64,000 nucleotides of DNA from Alphaproteobacteria bacterium (GTDB lineage Bacteria > Pseudomonadota > Alphaproteobacteria > GM7ARS4 > G965262615), in assembly GCA_965262615.1 (NCBI GenBank), contig OZ253545.1, forward strand, positions 32,001 to 96,000, read 5' to 3'. The notes under the pieces were generated by a model. It was not told the DNA's origin. It saw only the letters and a list, made by a program, of their open reading frames with translations, and ran no database searches. The translations under genes and the position numbers were made by a program. This document shows, piece by piece, positions 60,308 to 64,000 of this stretch. Every line of letters starts with the position of its first letter. Position 1 is the first letter of the stretch.

Positions 60308-60983
60308 CGATTATTTATCAACTTTTTTCGCCTATCGCTTTAAGGATGCCTCATTGCTTGAGGATGGCTTGCGTGGTTTATGGGTGCGTGACAGACGCTT
60401 TGAGCGTCTTGAGTTTTTGGGGGATCGGGTTTTGGCATTGTCGGTGGCGCAGTTGTTGTTTGAGAATTTTCCCGATGAATCGGAAGGAGACTTAGCCAAA
60501 CGCCACAGCGAGCTGGTGTCGGGTCGTCAATTACGCTTGTTGGTGAATGATGAGCTGCGTCAATTTTTTGCGCATCACGCGCGCCTGCACAATAGCAAAA
60601 AACCCATCACCGCCTCTTTGCTGGAGGACATGATGGAAGCCATTGTTGCCGCCATTTATCTGGATGGTGGCTTTGATGCCGTGGTGACATCTTTAGCACA
60701 TGTTTATCATGATGACATTGAGCGGCAGCGTCACAAAGAGCCTCCTGTGAATGCCAAAAGTGCGTTGCAAGAGTGGGCACTGCAGCGCGCCATGCCATTG
60801 CCGCGCTATCAGGTCACATCCCGCATGGGCAAGAGTCATAATCCCACCTTTGTCATTGAGGCATCGGTGGATGGTCAAACGCCCGCCTATGGCATGGGAA
60901 GCAGCAAAAGCAAGGCGGAACAAAAAGCCGCTCGTTTATTGCTCGAAAAATTGCAAAAGAAAGAACTTTCATGCAAGGCGTAA
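60300..60983 (+). CDS. rnc: Ribonuclease III
   Basis: ERLEFLGDRVL, EGDL, EAIVAAIYLDGG and dsRBD AKSALQE...GSSKSKAEQKAA. Confidence 0.95.
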   Translation: MTDDYLSTFFAYRFKDASLLEDGLRGLWVRDRRFERLEFLGDRVLALSVAQLLFENFPDESEGDLAKRHSELVSGRQLRLLVNDELRQFFAHHARLHNSKKPITASLLEDMMEAIVAAIYLDGGFDAVVTSLAHVYHDDIERQRHKEPPVNAKSALQEWALQRAMPLPRYQVTSRMGKSHNPTFVIEASVDGQTPAYGMGSSKSKAEQKAARLLLEKLQKKELSCKA

Positions 60984-61831
60984 CCATCGCTGTGGCGGGC
61001 GCGAGCAATGCCGGCAAGTCCACATTGCTCAACCGCCTGTTGGGCAGAAATATGAGCATCACCAGCAGCCGTCCTCATACCACGCAAAAAACGCTCACTT
61101 TTCTTCACGACAATGGCTCCCTCTGGCTGGATGGACGCGGCACATCATCTCATATGCGCATCGCCAATGCTCCTGCCACATCGGTGATGCCTCATGCCGA
61201 TGTCACACTCTTGGTGATTGACAGCCGCCAAAACTGGAATGAAAAGATGTGCTCTGATGCCCAAAATCATTATGGCAAGCGGGACGGAAAACTCTATGTG
61301 GTGCTGAATAAAATTGACAAAGTGCAAAAAAGCAAGCTGCTGCCTCTTGCCGATGACCTGTGTTCGCTGCTCAAGGCGGACGGCTGTTTCATGGTGTCGG
61401 CAAAGACGGGCAGTGGATGCGATGGCTTGTGGTATCAATTGCAGCAGCACAAAAAAAAAATGGATACCGCGCGCCGAGATGCCCTGCCGCCTCCCATGAA
61501 TGATGAACAACTGGCGCGCGAGTTCACGCGCGAAGCCTTGTTTTATCTATTGCGAGACGAATTGCCCTATGAGATTTATGTGTCCAGTCAATCTTTTGAA
61601 CAAGAAGGAACGCGTCTGATTGTGACGCAGGAATTGCTCACCGACAAAAAAAGCCGCAAAGCCATGATGATTGGCAAAAAAGGGGCGATGATCAAACAAA
61701 TCGGCAGCATGACGCGCCTGCGGATGCGGGCTTTTTTTCAAAAAAAAGTGGATGTTTTTTTAACCGTGCGTCTGATAAAACACGGTCAGTTCATATCATT
61801 GCAGCAGGAAGAATTGCGAGGCTCACTATGA
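60971..61831 (+). CDS. era: GTPase Era (divergent)
   Basis: G1 GASNAGKST, G4 NKID, G5 SAKTG, ELPY and KH domain IGKKGAMIK; follows rnc. Confidence 0.9.
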   Translation: MQGVTIAVAGASNAGKSTLLNRLLGRNMSITSSRPHTTQKTLTFLHDNGSLWLDGRGTSSHMRIANAPATSVMPHADVTLLVIDSRQNWNEKMCSDAQNHYGKRDGKLYVVLNKIDKVQKSKLLPLADDLCSLLKADGCFMVSAKTGSGCDGLWYQLQQHKKKMDTARRDALPPPMNDEQLAREFTREALFYLLRDELPYEIYVSSQSFEQEGTRLIVTQELLTDKKSRKAMMIGKKGAMIKQIGSMTRLRMRAFFQKKVDVFLTVRLIKHGQFISLQQEELRGSL

Positions 61832-62746
61832 TTTTAGGCTATGTTTTCACGGGACAAGGCTCACAAAAAGTGGGAATGGGGCGCGATTTCTATGACCATC
61901 CCGCAGGACGGGCGGTCTATGAGGAGGTTAATGATGCTCTGCGGTACGATTTGGCACAGCTGGCTTTTGCCGGCGATGAGGCGACTCTGCGTCTGACTCA
62001 TCACGCCCAACCCGCCATCATGATGGTGAGCATGGCAGGCTACCGTGTGCTAGAAGCGATGTTGGGGAAATCTTTGACTCCGCATTTTTTTGCGGGACAC
62101 TCATTGGGAGAATACAGCGCATTGATTGCCAGTGGCGCGCTATCATTGAGTGATGGGGCGCGCCTTTTGAAAATCAGAGGCGAGGCGATGCAGGCGGCGG
62201 TTGCTGAGGGCGAGGGCGGCATGGCTGCCATCATTTGCGGGCTTTTTTTCAAAAAAAAGTGGATGTTTTTTTAACCGTGCGTCTGATAAAACACGGTCAG
62301 TTCATATCATTACAGCAGGAAGAATTGCGAGGCTCACTATGATTTTAGGCTATGTTTTCACGGGACAAGGCTCGCAAAAGGTGGGAATGGGACGCGATTT
62401 TTATGACCATCCCGCAGGACGGGCGGTCTATGAGGAGGTTAATGATGCTCTGCGGTACGATTTGGCACAGCTGGCTTTTGCGGGCGATGAGGCGACTCTG
62501 CGTCTGACTCATCACGCCCAACCCGCCATCATGATGGTGAGCATGGCGGGCTATCGCGTGATGGAGGCGATGCTGGGGAAATCTTTGACTCCGCATTTTT
62601 TTGCCGGACACTCATTGGGAGAATACAGTGCATTGATTGCCAGTGGCGCGCTGTCATTGAGTGATGGGGCGCGCCTTTTGAAAATCAGAGGCGAGGCGAT
62701 GCAGGCAGCCGTTGCTGAGGGCGAGGGCGGCATGGCTGCCATCATT
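61725..62746 (+). repeat. 511-bp tandem duplication (61725-62235 and 62236-62746) of the era 3' end and fabD 5' half
   Basis: Manual alignment: constant offset of 511 bp, about 18 substitutions, no indels. Confidence 0.95.
61828..62274 (+). pseudogene. fabD: Truncated first copy of fabD (N-terminal ~136 aa, then out-of-frame junction)
   Basis: FTGQGSQ, AGHSLGEY, GGMAAII, then a non-homologous tail CGLFFKKKWMFF-stop across the junction. Confidence 0.85.
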
Positions 62747-63277
62747 GGCTTGACACACGATGATGTGATGCCGTTGTGTCATGAGCAGGATGATGCTCAC
62801 GGCATCATCACCATCGCCAATGACAACAGCGCGCAGCAGGTGGTGGTGTCCGGTCATAAAGCGGCGGTGGAGACATTGTGTATGACGGCAAAAGAACGAG
62901 GTGCAAAACGCGCCATCATGCTGGAGGTGAGCGCGCCCTTTCACTGCCCCTTGATGAAAGACGCACAAAGCGTCATGGCGGACGCTCTTGACCAAGTGAC
63001 ATGGCAAACGCCCAGCGCGCCCATCATGACCAATGTCACGGCACATTACGAGACAGACCCCGTCCAATTGAAGCAATTGCTGGTGCAACAGGTCACCGCC
63101 ATGGTGCGCTGGCGAGAAATGATGGCGCGCATGGCGAAGGATTCTGTCTCATTGATGCTGGAGCTGGGACCCGCCAATGTGCTGGGTAATTTGGCGCGCC
63201 GCTCAGGGCATGATTTTGCCACTCACAGCATTACCGATATGGCATCACTGGAAGAAGCTCTGCCGTTGCTGGCGTGA
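62339..63277 (+). CDS. fabD: Malonyl-CoA:ACP transacylase (intact copy)
   Basis: FTGQGSQ, GHSLGE, ANDN, VSAPFHCPLM, VRW and ELGP. Confidence 0.95.
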   Translation: MILGYVFTGQGSQKVGMGRDFYDHPAGRAVYEEVNDALRYDLAQLAFAGDEATLRLTHHAQPAIMMVSMAGYRVMEAMLGKSLTPHFFAGHSLGEYSALIASGALSLSDGARLLKIRGEAMQAAVAEGEGGMAAIIGLTHDDVMPLCHEQDDAHGIITIANDNSAQQVVVSGHKAAVETLCMTAKERGAKRAIMLEVSAPFHCPLMKDAQSVMADALDQVTWQTPSAPIMTNVTAHYETDPVQLKQLLVQQVTAMVRWREMMARMAKDSVSLMLELGPANVLGNLARRSGHDFATHSITDMASLEEALPLLA

Positions 63278-63280
63278 CAC

Positions 63281-64000
63281 ATGGAATGGCGTGATGAGGC
63301 ACTGGTGGTGGCGTGTCATTGGCATGGCGAACACGCCGCCATCTTGTCGGTATTGACCAAAGGGCGCGGCGTGTGGCGCGGACTGGTGCATGGCGCGCAC
63401 GGCAAAAAAACACGCGCCCTCATTCAACTGGGATTTCCTCTCACGGTGACTCACAGAGCGCGCACCGCCGACCAATTGGGGGTGTTTCGGCTGGATGCCT
63501 CACCCCATTGCGGCTTTTCCTATCGGCTGCACAGAGGACATCGCTTGGCGATGCAATCATCGGCGTGTGCCTTGGTGGCGTTGTTGTGTCCCGAACATCA
63601 ACCTCATGAGGCGATTTTTAGCTCTTTGTGTGATTTATTCATGCGACTGGCAAACAATGAAGCAGAGCATCATTATGTGGCGTGGGAATATGATTTGTTG
63701 CGCCATCTCGGCTATGGCACGGATATTAGCCGTTGTGCACTCAGTAAACAGATACCCGTCTCTTTTGTGTCCAAAAAGAGCGGGCGGGGAATTCATGCAT
63801 CGCACATGCAAGAAAAATGGCGTTCTCATGTGTTGCCGGTGCCAGCGTTTTTATCGCACTATGCTCAAAGCCAGACCATGAAAGATGACGCCATTGACGC
63901 GTATGAGCTCAAACAAGGTTTATCTCTCACGGGTTATTTTCTTCACCAATGCGCGCTGCACCGTCATCGCCCTCTGCCACAGGTGCGGGCATTGATTATG
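63281..64000 (+). CDS. recO: DNA repair protein RecO, runs off the window
   Basis: Not in the ORF track; translated by hand as MEWRDEALVV...HGEHAAILSVLT...G.WRGLVHG...ARTADQLG...PEHQPH...WEYDLLRHLGYG.D...CA...VSKKSGR. Confidence 0.92.
   Translation, partial: MEWRDEALVVACHWHGEHAAILSVLTKGRGVWRGLVHGAHGKKTRALIQLGFPLTVTHRARTADQLGVFRLDASPHCGFSYRLHRGHRLAMQSSACALVALLCPEHQPHEAIFSSLCDLFMRLANNEAEHHYVAWEYDLLRHLGYGTDISRCALSKQIPVSFVSKKSGRGIHASHMQEKWRSHVLPVPAFLSHYAQSQTMKDDAIDAYELKQGLSLTGYFLHQCALHRHRPLPQVRALIM

Noticed and set aside
62201-62338. N-terminally extended FabD (358-aa ORF)
   Set aside because: The extension is read-through of the duplication junction; the true start is the ATG at 62339, equivalent to 61828.

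Overview
A 64 kb stretch of an alphaproteobacterial chromosome. The tRNA-His with G-1/C73 points outside the Rhizobiales/Rhodobacterales/Caulobacterales group, and the divergent housekeeping proteins suggest a host-associated lineage (inference). Most of the window is core genome: pyrD, gshA, rsmE, rpmG-topA-dprA-plsY-pyrC-pyrB, msbA-waaA-lpxK-lpxL, xseA, purD, lexA, coaBC, queF, ubiA, ppc, tsaC, cysQ, trpFBA-accD-folC, trxA-addA-addB-[amgK-murU fusion]-tsaE and lepB-rnc-era-fabD-recO, plus tRNA-Thr(TGT), tRNA-Ser(GCT) and tRNA-His(GTG). The main accessory element is a ~9.6 kb island with no visible integrase at tRNA-Ser, bounded by a degenerate copy of the tRNA 3' end (8987-9039). It holds an intact type III Mod methyltransferase with an AT-rich central region, a Res gene cut off at the att site, and a divergent two-gene operon. 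That operon encodes a 670-aa protein ending in a module resembling the host RNA-polymerase-associated regulator TrcR (DUF1013), followed by a ~1430-aa DEAH helicase with a DUF1998 zinc domain (Druantia DruE-like). It is the best candidate for an undescribed defence system, possibly with an integrated host-protein decoy. Other notable items are two adjacent double-beta-barrel outer-membrane proteins, an in-frame AmgK-MurU fusion, a 511-bp era/fabD tandem duplication whose copies differ almost only at synonymous sites, and an 11-residue-repeat coiled-coil membrane protein. All family calls come from motif recognition by eye; no database searches were run.
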